From assembly GCA_964016885.1 (NCBI GenBank), contig OZ024741.1, positions 22,444,001 to 22,508,000 of the forward strand: a stretch of DNA of 64,000 nt, read 5' to 3'. How positions within the stretch are numbered: position 1 is the stretch's first letter; every line of letters starts with the position of its first letter. Shown one piece after another: positions 1-18,000 of this stretch. The stretch comes from Eledone cirrhosa (taxonomy: Eukaryota). The notes under the pieces are model-generated. The model saw nothing but the letters and a program-made list of their open reading frames with translations. It was not told the origin of the DNA and did not search any database. A program made the position numbers and the translations under genes.

Positions 1-3000
1 TATGTCATTAACCCTTTCATTACCATATTTCTAATGAAAGACACTGTCTATGTCATTAACCCTTTCATTACCATATGTCTAATGAAAGACACTACATATG
101 TTCTTAACCCTTTCATTACCATATTTCTAATGAAAGACACTACCTATGTCATTAACCCTTTCATTATCATATTTCTAATGAAAGACACTACCTATGTCAT
201 TAACCTTTCATTACCATATTTCGAATGAAAGACACTACCTATGTCATTAACCCTTTCATTACCATATATCTAATGAAAGACACTGTCTATGTCATTAACC
301 CTTTCATTACCATATGACTACTGAAAGACACTGTCTATGTCATTAACCCTTTCATTACCAGATGTCTCATGAAAGACACTGTGTATGTCATTAACCCTTT
401 CATTACCATATTTCTAATGAAAGACACTGTCTATGTCATTAACCCTTTCATTACCATATTTCTAATGAAAGACACTACCTATGTCATTAACCCTTTCATT
501 ACCATATTTCTAATGAAAGACACTGCCTATGTCATTAACCCTTTCATTACCATATTTCTAATGAAAGACACTGTCTATGTCATTAACCATTTCATTACCA
601 TATGTCTAATAAAAGACACTATCTATGTCATTAACCCTTTCATTACCATATTTCTAATGAAAGACACTACCTATGTCATTAACCCTTTCATTACCATATT
701 TCTAATGAAAGACACTGCCTATGTCATTAACCCTTTCATTACCATATTTCTAATGAAAGACACTGTCTATGTCATTAACCCTTTCATTACCATATTTCTA
801 ATGAAAGACACTACCTATGCCATTAATCCTTTCATTACCATATTTCTAATGAAAGACACTACCTATGTCATTAACCCTTTCATTACCATATTTCTAATGA
901 AAGACACTACCTATGTCATTAACCCTTTCATTACCATATTTCAAATGAAAGACACTACCTATGTCATTAACCCTTTCATTACCATATTTCTAATGAAAGA
1001 CACTGTCTATTGCATTAACCCTTTCATTACCATATTTCTAATGCAAGACACTACCTATGTCATTACCCCTTTCATTACCATATTTCTAATGAAAGACACT
1101 GTCTATGTCATTAACCCTTTCATTACCATATTTCTAATGAAAGACACTGTCTATGTCATTAACGCTTTCATTACCATATGTCTAATGAAAGACACTACAT
1201 ATGTTCTTAACCCTTTCATTACCATATTTCTAATGAAAGACACTACCTATGTCATTAACCCTTTCATTACCATATTTCTAATGAAAGACACTGTCTATTG
1301 CATTAACCCTTTCATTACCATATTTCTAATGAAAGACACTGTCTATATCATTAACCCTTTCATTACCATATGTCTAATGAAAGACACTGCCTATGTCATT
1401 AACCCTTTCATTACAATATTTCTAATGAAAGACACTGTCTATGTCATTAACCCTTTCATTACCATATGTCTACTGAAAGACACTGTCTATGTCATTAACC
1501 CTTTCATTACCATATTTCTAATGAAAGACACTGTCTATTGCATTAACCCTTTCATTACCATATTTCTAATGCAAGACACTACCTATGTCATTACCCCTTT
1601 CATTACCATATTTCTAATGAAAGACACTGTCTATGTCATTAACCCTTTCATTACCATATTTCTAATGAAAGACACTGTCTATGTCATTAACCCTTTCATT
1701 ACCATATGTCTAATGAAAGACACTACATATGTTCTTAACCCTTTCATTACCATATTTCTAATGAAAGACACTACCTATGTCATTAACCCTTTCATTACCA
1801 TATTTCTAATGAAAGACACTGTCTATGTCATTAACCCTTTCATTACCAAATTTCTAATGAAAGACACTACCTATGTCATTAACCCTTTCATTACCATATT
1901 TATAATGAAAGACACTGTCTATTGCATTAACCCTTTCATTACCATATTTCTAATGAAAGACACTGTTATATCATTAACCCTTTCATTACCATATGTCTAA
2001 TGAAAGACACTGCCTATGTCATTAACGCTTTCATTACAATATTTCTAATGAAAGAGACTGTCTATGTCATTAACCCTTTCATTACCATATGTCTACTGAA
2101 AGACACTGTCTATGTCATTAACCCTTTCATTACCATATTTCTAATGAATGACACTAGCTATGTCATTAACCCTTTCATTACCATATTTCTAATGAAAGAC
2201 ACTGTCTATGTCATTAACCCTTTCATTACCATATTTCTAATGAAAGACACTACCTATGTCATTAACCCTTTCATTACCATATTTCTAATGAAAGACACTG
2301 TCTATGTCATTAACCCTTTCATTACCATATTTCTAATGAAAGACACTACCTATGTCATTAACCCTTTCATTACCATATTTCTAATGAAAGACACTACCTA
2401 TGTCATTAACCCTTTCATTACCATATTTCTAATGAAAGACACTGTCTATGTCATTAACCCTTTCATTACCATATTTCTAATAAAAGACACTACCTATGTC
2501 ATTAACCCTTTCATTACCATATTTATAATGAAAGACACTGTCTATTGCATTAACCCTTTCATTACCATATTTCTAATGAAAGACACTGCCTATGTCATTA
2601 ACCCTTTCATTACCATATTTCTAATGAAAGACACTGTCTATGTCATTAACCCTTTCATTACCATATTTATAATGAAAGACACTGCCTATGTCATTAATCC
2701 TTTCTTTACCATATGTCTAATGAAAGACACTGCCTATGTCATTAACCCTTTCATTACAATATTTCTAATGAAAGAGACTGTCTATGTCATTAACCCTTTC
2801 ATTACCATATGTCTACTGAAAGACACTGTCTATATCAGTAACCCTTTCATTACCATATTTCTAATGAAAGACACTACCTATGTCATTAACCCTTTCATTA
2901 CCATATTTATAATGAAAGACACTGTCTATTGCATTAACCCTTTCATTACCATATTTCTAATGAAAGACACTGTTATATCATTAACCCTTTCATTACCATA

Positions 3001-6000
3001 TGTCTAATGAAAGACACTGCCTATGTCATTAACCCTTTCATTACAATATTTCTAATGAAAGAGACTGTCTATGTCATGAACCCTTTCATTACCATATGTC
3101 TACTGAAAGACACTGTCTATGTCATTAACCCTTTCATTACCATATTTCTAATGAATGACACTAGCTATGTCATTAACCCTTTCATTACCATATTTCTAAT
3201 GAAAGACACTACCTATGTCATTAACCCTTTCATTACCATATTTCTAATGAAAGACACTGTCTATGTCATTAACCCTTTCATTACCATATTTCTAATGAAA
3301 GACACTGTCTATGTCATTAACCCTTTCATTACCATATTTCTAATGAAAGACACTACCTATGTCATTACCCCTTTAATTACCATATTTCTAATGAAAGACA
3401 CTACCTATGTCATTAACCCTTTCATTACCATATTTCTAATGAAAGACACTGTCTATGTCATTAACGCTTTCATTACCATATGTCTAATGAAAGACACTAC
3501 ATATGTTCTTAACCCTTTCATAACCATATTTCTAATGAAAGACACTACCTATGTCATTAACCCTTTCATTAGCATATTTCTAATGAAAGACACTGTCTAT
3601 GTCATTAACCCTTTCATTAACATATGTCTACTGAAAGACACTGTCTATGTCATTAACCCTTTCATTACCATATTTCTAATGAAAGACACTGTCTATTGCA
3701 TTAACCCTTTCATTACCATATTTCTAATGCAAGACACTACCTATGTCATTACCCCTTTCATTACCATATTTCTAATGAAAGACACTGTCTATGTCATTAA
3801 CCCTTTCATTACCATATTTCTAATGAAAGACACTGTCTATGTCATTAACCCTTTCATTACCATATGTCTAATGAAAGACACTACATATGTTCTTAACCCT
3901 TTCATTACCATATTTCTAATGAAAGACACTACCTATGTCATTAACCCTTTCATTACCATATTTCTAATGAAAGACACTGTCTATGTCATTAACCCTTTCA
4001 TTACCATATTTCTAATGAAAGACACTACCTATGTCATTAACCCTTTCATTACCATATTTATAATGAAAGACGCTGTCTATTGCATTAACCCTTTCATTAC
4101 CATATTTCTAATGAAAGACACTGTTATATCATTAACCCTTTCATTATCATATGTCTAATGAAAGACACTGCCTATGTCATTAACCCTTTCATTACAATAT
4201 TTCTAACGAAAGAGACTGTCTATGTCATTAACCCTTTCATTACCATATGTCTACTGAAAGACACTGTCTATGTCATTAACCCTTTCATTACCATATTTCT
4301 AATGAATGACACTAGCTATGTCATTAACCCTTTCATTACCATATTTCTAATGAAAGACACTACCTATGTCATTAACCCTTTCATTACCATATTTCTAATG
4401 AAAGACACTGTCTATGTCATTAACCCTTTCATTACCATATTTCTAATGAAAGACACTACCTATGTCATTAACCCTTTCATTACCATATTTCTAATGAAAG
4501 ACACTACCTATGTCATTAACCCTTTCATTACCATATTTCTAATGAAAGACACTGTCTATGTCATTAACCCTTTCATTACCATATTTCTAATAAAAGACAC
4601 TACCTATGTCATTAACCCTTTCATTACCATATTTATAATGAAAGACACTGTCTATTGCATTAACCCTTTCATTACCATATTTCTAATGAAAGACACTGCC
4701 TATGTCATTAACCCTTTCATTACCATATTTCTAATGAAAGACACTGTCTATGTCATTAACCCTTTCATTACCATATTTATAATGAAAGACACTGCCTATG
4801 TCATTAACCCTTTCTTTACCATATGTCTAATGAAAGACACTGCCTATGTCATTAACCCTTTCATTACAATATTTCTAATGAAAGAGACTGTCTATGTCAT
4901 TAACCCTTTCATTACCATATGTCTACTGAAAGACACTGTCTATATCATTAACCCTTTCATTACCATATTTCTAATGAAATACACTACCTATGTCATTAAC
5001 CCTTTCATTACCATATTTATAATGAAAGACACTGTCTATTGCATTAACCCTTTCATTACCATATTTCTAATGAAAGACACTGTTATATCATTAACCCTTT
5101 CATTACCATATGTCTAATGAAAGACACTGCCTATGTCATTAACCCTTTCATTACAATATTTCTAATGAAAGAGACTGTCTATGTCATGAACCCTTTCATT
5201 ACCATATGTCTACTGAAAGACACTGTCTATGTCATTAACCCTTTCATTACCATATTTCTAATGAATGACACTAGCTATGTCATTAACCCTTTCATTACCA
5301 TATTTCTAATGAAAGACACTGTCTATGTCATTAACCCTTTCATTACCATATTTCTAATGAAAGACACTGTCTATGTCATTAACCCTTTCATTACCATATT
5401 TCTAATGAAAGACACTGTCTATGTCATTAACCCTTTCATTACCATATTTCTAATGAAAGACACTGTCTATGTCATTAACCCTTTCATTACCATATTTCTA
5501 ATGAAAGACACTACCTATGTCATTAACCCTTTCATTACCATATTTCTAATGAAAGACACTACCTATGTCATTAACCCTTTCATTACCATATTTCTAATGA
5601 AAGACACTGTCTATGTCATTAACCCTTTCATTACCATATTTCTAATAAAAGACACTACCTATGTCATTAACCCTTTCATTACCATATTTATAATGAAAGA
5701 CACTGTCTATTGCATTAACCCTTTCATTACCATATTTCTAATGAAAGACACTGCCTATGTCATTAACCCTTTCATTACCATATTTCTAATGAAAGACACT
5801 GTCTATGTCATTAACCCTTTCATTACCATATTTATAATGAAAGACACTGCCTATGTCATTAACCCTTTCTTTACCATATGTCTAATGAAAGACACTGCCT
5901 ATGTCATTAACCCTTTCATTACAATATTTCTAATGAAAGACACTGTCTATGTCATTAACCCTTTCATTACCATATTTCTAATGAAAGACACTGCCTATGT

Positions 6001-9000
6001 CATTAACCCTTTCATTACCATATTTCTAATGAAAGACACTGTCTATGTCATTAACCCTTTCATTACCATATTTATAATGAAAGACACTGCCTATGTCATT
6101 AACCCTTTCTTTACCATATGTCTAATGAAAGACACTGCCTATGTCATTAACCCTTTCATTACCATATTTCTAATGAAAGACACTGTCTATGTCATTAACC
6201 CTTTCATTACCATATTTCTAATGAAAGACACTGTCTATGTCATTAACCCTTTCATTACCATATTTCTAATGAAAGACACTACCTATGTCATTAACCCTTT
6301 CATTACCATATTTCTAATGAAAGACACTGTCTATGTCATTAACCCTTTCATTACCATATTCCTAATAAAAGACACTACCTATGCCATTAACCCTTTCATT
6401 ACCATATTTCTAATGAAAGACACTACCTATGTCTTTAACCCTTTCATTACCATATTTCAAATGAAAGACACTACCTATGTCATTAACCCTTTCATTACCA
6501 TATTTCTAATGAAAGATACTACCTATGTCATTAACCCTTTCATTACCATATTTCTAATGAAAGACACTGTCTATGTCATTAACCCTTTCATTACCATATT
6601 TCTAATAAAAGACACTACCTATGTCATTAACCCTTTCATTACCATATTTATAATGAAAGACACTGTCTATTGCATTAACCCTTTCATTACCATATTTCTA
6701 ATGAAAGACACTGCCTATGTCATTAACCCTTTCATTACCATATTTCTAATGAAAGACACTGTCTATGTCATTAACCCTTTCATTACCATATTTATAATGA
6801 AAGACACTGCCTATGTCATTAACCCTTTCTTTACCATATGTCTAATGAAAGACACTGCCTATGTCATTAACCCTTTCATTACAATATTTCTAATGAAAGA
6901 GACTGTCTATGTCATTAACCCTTTCATTACCATATGTCTACTGAAAGACACTGTCTATATCATTTACCCTTTCATTACCATATTTCTAATGAAAGACACT
7001 ACCTATGTCATTAACCCTTTCATTACCATATTTATAATGAAAGACACTGTCTATTGCATTAACCCTTTCATTACCATATTTCTAATGAAAGACACTGTTA
7101 TATCATTAACCCTTTCATTACCATATGTCTAATGAAAGACACTGCCTATGTCATTAACCCTTTCATTACAATATTTCTAATGAAAGACACTGTCTATGTC
7201 ATTAACCCTTTCATTACCATATTTCTAATAAAAGACACTACCTATGTCATTAACCCTTTCCTTACCATATTTATAATGAAAGACACTGTCTATTGCATTA
7301 ACCCTTTCATTACCATATTTCTAATGAAAGACACTGCCTATGTCATTAACCCTTTCATTACCATATTTCTAATGAAAGACACTGTCTATGTCATTAACCC
7401 TTTCATTACCATATTTATAATGAAAGACACTGCCTATGTCATTAACCCTTTCTTTACCATATGTCTAATGAAAGACACTGCCTTTGTCATTAACCCTTTC
7501 ATTACAATATTTCTAATGACAGAGACTGTCTATGTCATTAACCCTTTCATTACCATATCTCTACTGAAAGACACTGTCTATATCATTAACCCTTTCATTA
7601 CCATATTTCTAATGAAAGACACTATCTATGTCATTAACCCTTTCGTTACCATATTTCTAATGAATGACACTAGCTTTGTCATTAACCCTTTCATTACCAT
7701 ATTTCTAATGAAAGACACTACCTATGTCATTAACCCTTTCATTACCATATTTCTAATGAAAGACACTGTCTATGTCATTAACCCTTTCATTACCAAATTT
7801 CTAATGAAAGACACTACCTATGTCATTAACCCTTTCATTACCATATTTCTAATGAAAGACACTGTCTATGTCATTAACCCTTTCATTACCATATTTCTAA
7901 TGAAAGACACTGTCTATGTCATTAACCCTTTCATTACCATATGTCTAATGAAAGACACTACATATGTTCTTAACCCTTTCATTACCATATTTCTAATGAA
8001 AGACACTACCTATGTCATTAACCCTTTCATTACCATATTTCTAATGAAAGACACTGTCTATGTCATTAACCCTTTCATTACCAAATTTCTAATGAAAGAC
8101 ACTACCTATGTCATTAACCCTTTCATTACCATATTTATAATGAAAGACACTGTCTATTGCATTAACCCTTTCATTACCATATTTCTAATGAAAGACACTG
8201 TTATATCATTAACCCTTTCATTACCATATGTCTAATGAAAGACACTGCCTATGTCATTAACGCTTTCATTACAATATTTCTAATGAAAGAGACTGTCTAT
8301 GTCATTAACCCTTTCATTACCATATGTCTACTGAAAGACACTGTCTATGTCATTAACCCTTTCATTACCATATTTCTAATGAAAGACACTGTCTATGTCA
8401 TTAACCCTTTCAGTACCATATTTCTAATGAAAGACACTACCTATGTCATTAACCCTTTCATTACCATATTTCTAATGAAAGACACTGTCTATGTCATTAA
8501 CCCTTTCATTACCATATTTCTAATAAAAGACACTACCTATGTCATTAACCCTTTCATTACCATATTTATAATGAAAGACACTGTCTATTGCATTAACCCT
8601 TTCATTACCATATTTCTAACGAAAGACACTGCCTATGTCATTAACCCTTTCATTACCATATTTCTAATGAAAGACACTGTCTATGTCATTAACCCTTTCA
8701 TTACCATATTTATAATGAAAGACACTGCCTATGTCATTAATCCTTTCTTTACCATATGTCTAATGAAAGACACTGCCTATGTCATTAACCCTTTCATTAC
8801 AATATTTCTAATGAAAGAGACTGTCTATGTCATTAACCCTTTCATTACCATATGTCTACTGAAAGACACTGTCTATATCATTAACCCTTTCATTACCATA
8901 TTTCTAATGAAAGACACTACCTATGTCATTAACCCTTTCATTACCATATTTATAATGAAAGACACTGTCTATTGCATTAACCCTTTCATTACCATATGTC

Positions 9001-12000
9001 TAATGAAAGACACTGCCTATGTCATTAACCCTTTCATTACAATATTTCTAATGAAAGAGACTGTCTATGTCATGAACCCTTTCATTACCATATGTCTACT
9101 GAAAGACACTGTCTATGTCATTAACCCTTTCATTACCATATTTCTAATGAATGACACTAGCTATGTCATTAACCCTTTCATTACCATATTTCTAATGAAA
9201 GACACTACCTATGTCATTAACCCTTTCATTACCATATTTCTAATGAAAGATACTACCTATGTCATTAACCCTTTCATTACCATATTTCTAATGAAAGACA
9301 CTGTCTATGTCATTAACCCTTTCATTACCATATTTCTAATAAAAGACACTACCTATGTCATTAACCCTTTCATTACCATATTTATAATGAAAGACACTGT
9401 CTATTGCATTAACCCTTTCATTACCATATTTCTAATGAAAGACACTGCCTATGTCATTAACCCTTTCATTACCATATTTCTAATGAAAGACACTGTCTAT
9501 GTCATTAACCCTTTCATTACCATATTTATAATGAAAGACACTGCCTATGTCATTAACCCTTTCTTTACCATATGTCTAATGAAAGACACTGCCTATGTCA
9601 TTAACCCTTTCATTACAATATTTCTAATGAAAGAGACTGTCTATGTCATTAACCCTTTCATTACCATATGTCTACTGAAAGACACTGTCTATATCATTTA
9701 CCCTTTCATTACCATATTTCTAATGAAAGACACTACCTATGTCATTAACCCTTTCATTACCATATTTATAATGAAAGACACTGTCTATTGCATTAACCCT
9801 TTCATTACCATATTTCTAATGAAAGACACTGTTATATCATTAACCCTTTCATTACCATATGTCTAATGAAAGACACTGCCTATGTCATTAACCCTTTCAT
9901 TACCATATTTCTAATGAAAGACACTGTCTATGTCATTAACCCTTTCATTACCAAATTTCTAATGAAAGACACTACCTATGTCATTAACCCTTTCATTACC
10001 ATATTTATAATGAAAGACACTGTCTATTGCATTAACCCTTTCATTACCATATTTCTAATGAAAGACACTGTTATATCATTAACCCTTTCATTACCATATG
10101 TCTAATGAAAGACACTGCCTATGTCATTAACGCTTTCATTACAATATTTCTAATGAAAGAGACTGTCTATGTCATTAACCCTTTCATTACCATATGTCTA
10201 CTGAAAGACACTGTCTATGTCATTAACCCTTTCATTACCATATTTCTAATGAAAGACACTGTCTATGTCATTAACCCTTTCATTACCATATTTCTAATGA
10301 AAGACACTACCTATGTCATTAACCCTTTCATTACCATATTTCTAATGAAAGACACTACCTATGTCATTAACCCTTTCATTACCATATTTCTAATGAAAGA
10401 CACTGTCTATGTCATTAACCCTTTCATTACCATATTTCTAATAAAAGACACTACCTATGTCATTAACCCTTTCATTACCATATTTATAATGAAAGACACT
10501 GTCTATTGCATTAACCCTTTCATTACCATATTTCTAATGAAAGACACTGCCTATGTCATTAACCCTTTCATTACCATATTTCTAATGAAAGACACTGTCT
10601 ATGTCATTAACCCTTTCATTACCATATTTATAATGAAAGACACTGCCTATGTCATTAATCCTTTCTTTACCATATGTCTAATGAAAGACACTGCCTATGT
10701 CATTAACCCTTTCATTACAATATTTCTAATGAAAGAGACTGTCTATGTCATTAACCCTTTCATTACCATATGTCTACTGAAAGACACTGTCTATATCATT
10801 AACCCTTTCATTACCATATTTCTAATGAAAGACACTACCTATGTCATTAACCCTTTCATTACCATATTTATAATGAAAGACACTGTCTATTGCATTAACC
10901 CTTTCATTACCATATGTCTAATGAAAGACACTGCCTATGTCATTAACCCTTTCATTACAATATTTCTAATGAAAGAGACTGTCTATGTCATGAACCCTTT
11001 CATTACCATATGTCTACTGAAAGACACTGTCTATGTCATTAACCCTTTCATTACCATATTTCTAATGAATGACACTAGCTATGTCATTAACCCTTTCATT
11101 ACCATATTTCTAATGAAAGACACTACCTATGTCATTAACCCTTTCATTACCATATTTCTAATGAAAGATACTACCTATGTCATTAACCCTTTCATTACCA
11201 TATTTCTAATGAAAGACACTGTCTATGTCATTAACCCTTTCATTACCATATTTCTAATAAAAGACACTACCTATGTCATTAACCCTTTCATTACCATATT
11301 TATAATGAAAGACACTGTCTATTGCATTAACCCTTTCATTACCATATTTCTAATGAAAGACACTGCCTATGTCATTAACCCTTTCATTACCATATTTCTA
11401 ATGAAAGACACTGTCTATGTCATTAACCCTTTCATTACCATATTTATAATGAAAGACACTGCCTATGTCATTAACCCTTTCTTTACCATATGTCTAATGA
11501 AAGACACTGCCTATGTCATTAACCCTTTCATTACAATATTTCTAATGAAAGAGACTGTCTATGTCATTAACCCTTTCATTACCATATGTCTACTGAAAGA
11601 CACTGTCTATATCATTAACCCTTTCATTACCATATTTCTAATGAAAGACACTACCTATGTCATTAACCCTTTCATTACCATATTTATAATGAAAGACACT
11701 GTCTATTGCATTAACCCTTTCATTACCATATGTCTAATGAAAGACACTGCCTATGTCATTAACCCTTTCATTACAATATTTCTAATGAAAGAGACTGTCT
11801 ATGTCATGAACCCTTTCATTACCATATGTCTACTGAAAGACACTGTCTATGTCATTAACCCTTTCATTACCATATTTCTAATGAATGACACTAGCTATGT
11901 CATTAACCCTTTCATTACCATATTTCTAATGAAAGACACTACCTATGTCATTAACCCTTTCATTACCATATTTCTAATGAAAGATACTACCTATGTCATT

Positions 12001-15000
12001 AACCCTTTCATTACCATATTTCTAATGAAAGACACTGTCTATGTCATTAACCCTTTCATTACCATATTTCTAATAAAAGACACTACCTATGTCATTAACC
12101 CTTTCATTACCATATTTATAATGAAAGACACTGTCTATTGCATTAACCCTTTCATTACCATATTTCTAATGAAAGACACTGCCTATGTCATTAACCCTTT
12201 CATTACCATATTTCTAATGAAAGACACTGTCTATGTCATTAACCCTTTCATTACCATATTTATAATGAAAGACACTGCCTATGTCATTAACCCTTTCTTT
12301 ACCATATGTCTAATGAAAGATACTGCCTATGTCATTAACCCTTTCATTACAATATTTCTAATGAAAGAGACTGTCTATGTCATTAACCCTTTCATTACCA
12401 TATGTCTACTGAAAGACACTGTCTATATCATTTACCCTTTCATTACCATATTTCTAATGAAAGACACTACCTATGTCATTAACCCTTTCATTACCATATT
12501 TATAATGAAAGACACTGTCTATTGCATTAACCCTTTCATTACCATATTTCTAATGAAAGACACTGTTATATCATTAACCCTTTCATTACCATATGTCTAA
12601 TGAAAGACACTGCCTATGTCATTAACCCTTTCATTACAATATTTCTAATGAAAGACACTGTCTATGTCATTAACCCTTTCATTACCATATTTCTAATAAA
12701 AGACACTACCTATGTCATTAACCCTTTCCTTACCATATTTATAATGAAAGACACTGTCTATTGCATTAACCCTTTCATTACCATATTTCTAATGAAAGAC
12801 ACTGCCTATGTCATTAACCCTTTCATTACCATATTTCTAATGAAAGACACTGTCTATGTCATTAACCCTTTCATTACCATATTTATAATGAAAGACACTG
12901 CCTATGTCATTAACCCTTTCTTTACCATATGTCTAATGAAAGACACTGCCTATGTCATTAACCCTTTCATTACAATATTTCTAATGACAGAGACTGTCTA
13001 TGTCATTAACCCTTTCATTACCATATCTCTACTGAAAGACACTGTCTATATCATTAACCCTTTCATTACCATATTTCTAATGAAAGACACTAACTATGTC
13101 ATTAACCCTTTCGTTACCATATTTCTAATGAATGACACTAGCTTTGTCATTAACCCTTTCATTACCATATTTCTAATGAAAGACACTACCTATGTCATTA
13201 ACCCTATCATTACCATATTTCTAATGAAAGACACTGTCTATGTCATTAACCCTTTCATTACCAAATTTCTAATGAAAGACACTACCTATGTCATTAACCC
13301 TTTCATTACCATATTTCTAATGAAAGACACTGTCTATGTCATTAACCCTTTCATTACCATATTTCTAATGAAAGACACTGTCTATGTCATTAACCCTTTC
13401 ATTACCATATGTCTAATGAAAGACACTACATATGTTCTTAACCCTTTCATTACCATATTTCTAATGAAAGACACTACCTATGTCATTAACCCTTTCATTA
13501 CCATATTTCTAATGAAAGACACTGTCTATGTCATTAACCCTTTCATTACCAAATTTCTAATGAAAGACACTACCTATGTCATTAACCCTTTCATTACCAT
13601 ATTTATAATGAAAGACACTGTCTATTGCATTAACCCTTTCATTACCATATTTCTAATGAAAGACACTGTTATATCATTAACCCTTTCATTACCATATGTC
13701 TAATGAAAGACACTGCCTATGTCATTAACGCTTTCATTACAATATTTCTAATGAAAGAGACTGTCTATGTCATTAACCCTTTCATTACCATATGTCTACT
13801 GAAAGACACTGTCTATGTCATTAACCCTTTCATTACCATATTTCTAATGAAAGACACTGTCTATGTCATTAACCCTTTCATTACCATATTTCTAATGAAA
13901 GACACTACCTATGTCATTAACCCTTTCATTACCATATTTCTAATGAAAGACACTACCTATGTCATTAACCCTTTCATTACCATATTTCTAATGAAAGACA
14001 CTGTCTATGTCATTAACCCTTTCATTACCATATTTCTAATAAAAGACACTACCTATGTCATTAACCCTTTCATTACCATATTTATAATGAAAGACACTGT
14101 CTATTGCATTAACCCTTTCATTACCATATTTCTAATGAAAGACACTGCCTATGTCATTAACCCTTTCATTACCATATTTCTAATGAAAGACACTGTCTAT
14201 GTCATTAACCCTTTCATTACCATATTTATAATGAAAGACACTGCCTATGTCATTAATCCTTTCTTTACCATATGTCTAATGAAAGACACTGCCTATGTCA
14301 TTAACCCTTTCATTACAATATTTCTAATGAAAGAGACTGTCTATGTCATTAACCCTTTCATTACCATATGTCTACTGAAAGACACTGTCTATATCATTAA
14401 CCCTTTCATTACCATATTTCTAATGAAAGACACTACCTATGTCATTAACCCTTTCATTACCATATTTATAATGAAAGACACTGTCTATTGCATTAACCCT
14501 TTCATTACCATATTTCTAATGAAAGACACTGTTATATCATTAACCCTTTCTTTACCATATGTCTAATGAAAGACACTGCCTATGTCATTAACCCTTTCAT
14601 TACAATATTTCTAATGAAAGAGACTGTCTATGTCATGAACCCTTTCATTACCATATGTCTACTGAAAGACACTGTCTATGTCATTAACCCTTTCATTACC
14701 ATATTTCTAATGAATGACACTAGCTATGTCATTAACCCTTTCATTACCATATTTCTAATGAAAGACACTACCTATGTCATTAACCCTTTCATTACCATAT
14801 TTCTAATGAAAGACACTGTCTATGTCATTAACCCTTTCATTACCATATTTCTAATGAAAGACACTGTCTATGTCATTAACCCTTTCATTACCATATTTCT
14901 AATGAAAGACACTACCTATGTCATTACCCCTTTCAGTACCATATTTCTAATGAAAGACACTACCTATGTCATTAACCCTTTCATTACCATATTTCTAATG

Positions 15001-18000
15001 AAAGACACTGTCTATGTCATTAACGCTTTCATTACCATATGTCTAATGAAAGACACTACATATGTTCTTAACCCTTTCATAACCATATTTCTAATGAAAG
15101 ACACTACCTATGTCATTAACCCTTTCATTAGCATATTTCTAATGAAAGACACTGTCTATGTCATTAACCCTTTCATTACCATATTTCTAATGAAAGACAC
15201 TACCTATGTCATTAAGCCTTTCATTACCATATTTATAATGAAAGAGACTGTCTATGTCATTAACCCTTTCATTAACATATGTCTACTGAAAGACACTGTC
15301 TATGTCATTAACCCTTTCATTACCATATTTCTAATGAAAGACACTGTCTATTGCATTAACCCTTTCATTACCATATTTCTAATGCATGACACTACCTATG
15401 TCATTACCCCTTTCATTACCATATTTCTAATGAAAGACACTGTCTATGTCATTAACCCTTTCATTACCATATTTCTAATGAAAGACACTGTCTATGTCAT
15501 TAACCCTTTCATTACCATATGTCTAATGAAAGACACTACATATGTTCTTAACCCTTTCATTACCATATTTCTAATGAAAGACACTACCTATGTCATTAAC
15601 CCTTTCATTACCATATTTCTAATGAAAGACACTGTCTATGTCATTAACCCTTTCATTACCATATTTCTAATGAAAGACACTACCTATGTCATTAACCCTT
15701 TCATTACCATATTTATAATGAAAGACGCTGTCTATTGCATTAACCCTTTCATTACCATATTTCTAATGAAAGACACTGTTATATCATTAACCCTTTCATT
15801 ATCATATGTCTAATGAAAGACACTGCCTATGTCATTAACCCTTTCATTACAATATTTCTAACGAAAGAGACTGTCTATGTCATTAACCCTTTCATTACAA
15901 TATTTCTAACGAAAGAGACTGTCTATGTCATTAACCCTTTCATTACCATATGTCTACTGAAAGACACTGTCTATGTCATTAACCCTTTCATTACCATATT
16001 TCTAATGAATGACACTAGCTATGTCATTAACCCTTTCATTACCATATTTCTAATGAAAGACACTACCTATGTCATTAACCCTTTCATTACCATATTTCTA
16101 ATGAAAGACACTGTCTATGTCATTAACCCTTTCATTACCATATTTCTAATGAAAGACACTACCTATGTCATTAACCCTTTCATTACCATATTTCTAATGA
16201 AAGACACTACCTATGTCATTAACCCTTTCATTACCATATTTCTAATGAAAGACACTGTCTATATCATTAACCCTTTCATTACCATATTTCTAATAAAAGA
16301 CACTACCTATGTCATTAACCCTTTCATTACCATATTTATAATGAAAGACACTGTCTATTGCATTAACCCTTTCATTACCATATTTCTAATGAAAGACACT
16401 GCCTATGTCATTAACCCTTTCATTACCATATTTCTAATGAAAGACACTGTCTATGTCATTAACCCTTTCATTACCATATTTATAATGAAAGACACTGCCT
16501 ATGTCATTAACCCTTTCTTTACCATATGTCTAATGAAAGACACTGCCTATGTCATTAACCCTTTCATTACAATATTTCTAATGAAAGAGACTGTCTATGT
16601 CATTAACCCTTTCATTACCATATGTCTACTGAAAGACACTGTCTATATCATTAACCCTTTCATTACCATATTTCTAATGAAAGACACTACCTATGTCATT
16701 AACCCTTTCATTACCATATTTATAATGAAAGACACTGTCTATTGCATTAACCCTTTCATTACCATATTTCTAATGAAAGACACTGTTATATCATTAACCC
16801 TTTCATTACCATATGTCTAATGAAAGACACTGCCTATGTCATTAACCCTTTCATTACAATATTTCTAATGAAAGAGACTGTCTATGTCATGAACCCTTTC
16901 ATTACCATATGTCTACTGAAAGACACTGTCTATGTCATTAACCCTTTCATTACCATATTTCTAATGAATGACACTAGCTATGTCATTAACCCTTTCATTA
17001 CCATATTTCTAATGAAAGACACTGTCTATGTCATTAACCCTTTCATTACCATATTTCTAATGAAAGACACTGTCTATGTCATTAACCCTTTCATTACCAT
17101 ATTTCTAATGAAAGACACTGTCTATGTCATTAACCCTTTCATTACCATATTTCTAATGAAAGACACTGTCTATGTCATTAACCCTTTCATTACCATATTT
17201 CTAATGAAAGACACTACCTATGTCATTAACCCTTTCATTACCATATTTCTAATGAAAGACACTACCTATGTCATTAACCCTTTCATTACCATATTTATAA
17301 TGAAAGACACTGTCTATGTCATTAACCCTTTCATTACCATATTTCTAATAAAAGACACTACCTATGTCATTAACCCTTTCATTACCATATTTATAATGAA
17401 AGACACTGTCTATTGCATTAACCCTTTCATTACCATATTTCTAATGAAAGACACTGCCTATGTCATTAACCCTTTCATTACCATATTTCTAATGAAAGAC
17501 ACTGTCTATGTCATTAACCCTTTCATTACCATATTTATAATGAAAGACACTGCCTATGTCATTAACCCTTTCTTTACCATATGTCTAATGAAAGACACTG
17601 CCTATGTCATTAACCCTTTCATTACAATATTTCTAATGAAAGACACTGTCTATGTCATTAACCCTTTCATTACCATATTTCTAATGAAAGACACTGTCTA
17701 TGTCATTAACCCTTTCATTACCATATTTCTAATGAAAGACACTGTCTATGTCATTAACCCTTTCATTACCATATTTCTAATGAAAGACACTGTCTATGTC
17801 ATTAACCCTTTCATTACCATATTTCTAATGAAAGACACTACCTATGTCATTAACCCTTTCATTACCATATTTCTAATGAAAGACACTACCTATGTCATTA
17901 ACCCTTTCATTACCATATTTCTAATGAAATACACTGTCTATGTCATTAACCCTTTCATTACCATATTCCTAATAAAAGACACTACCTATGCCATTAACCC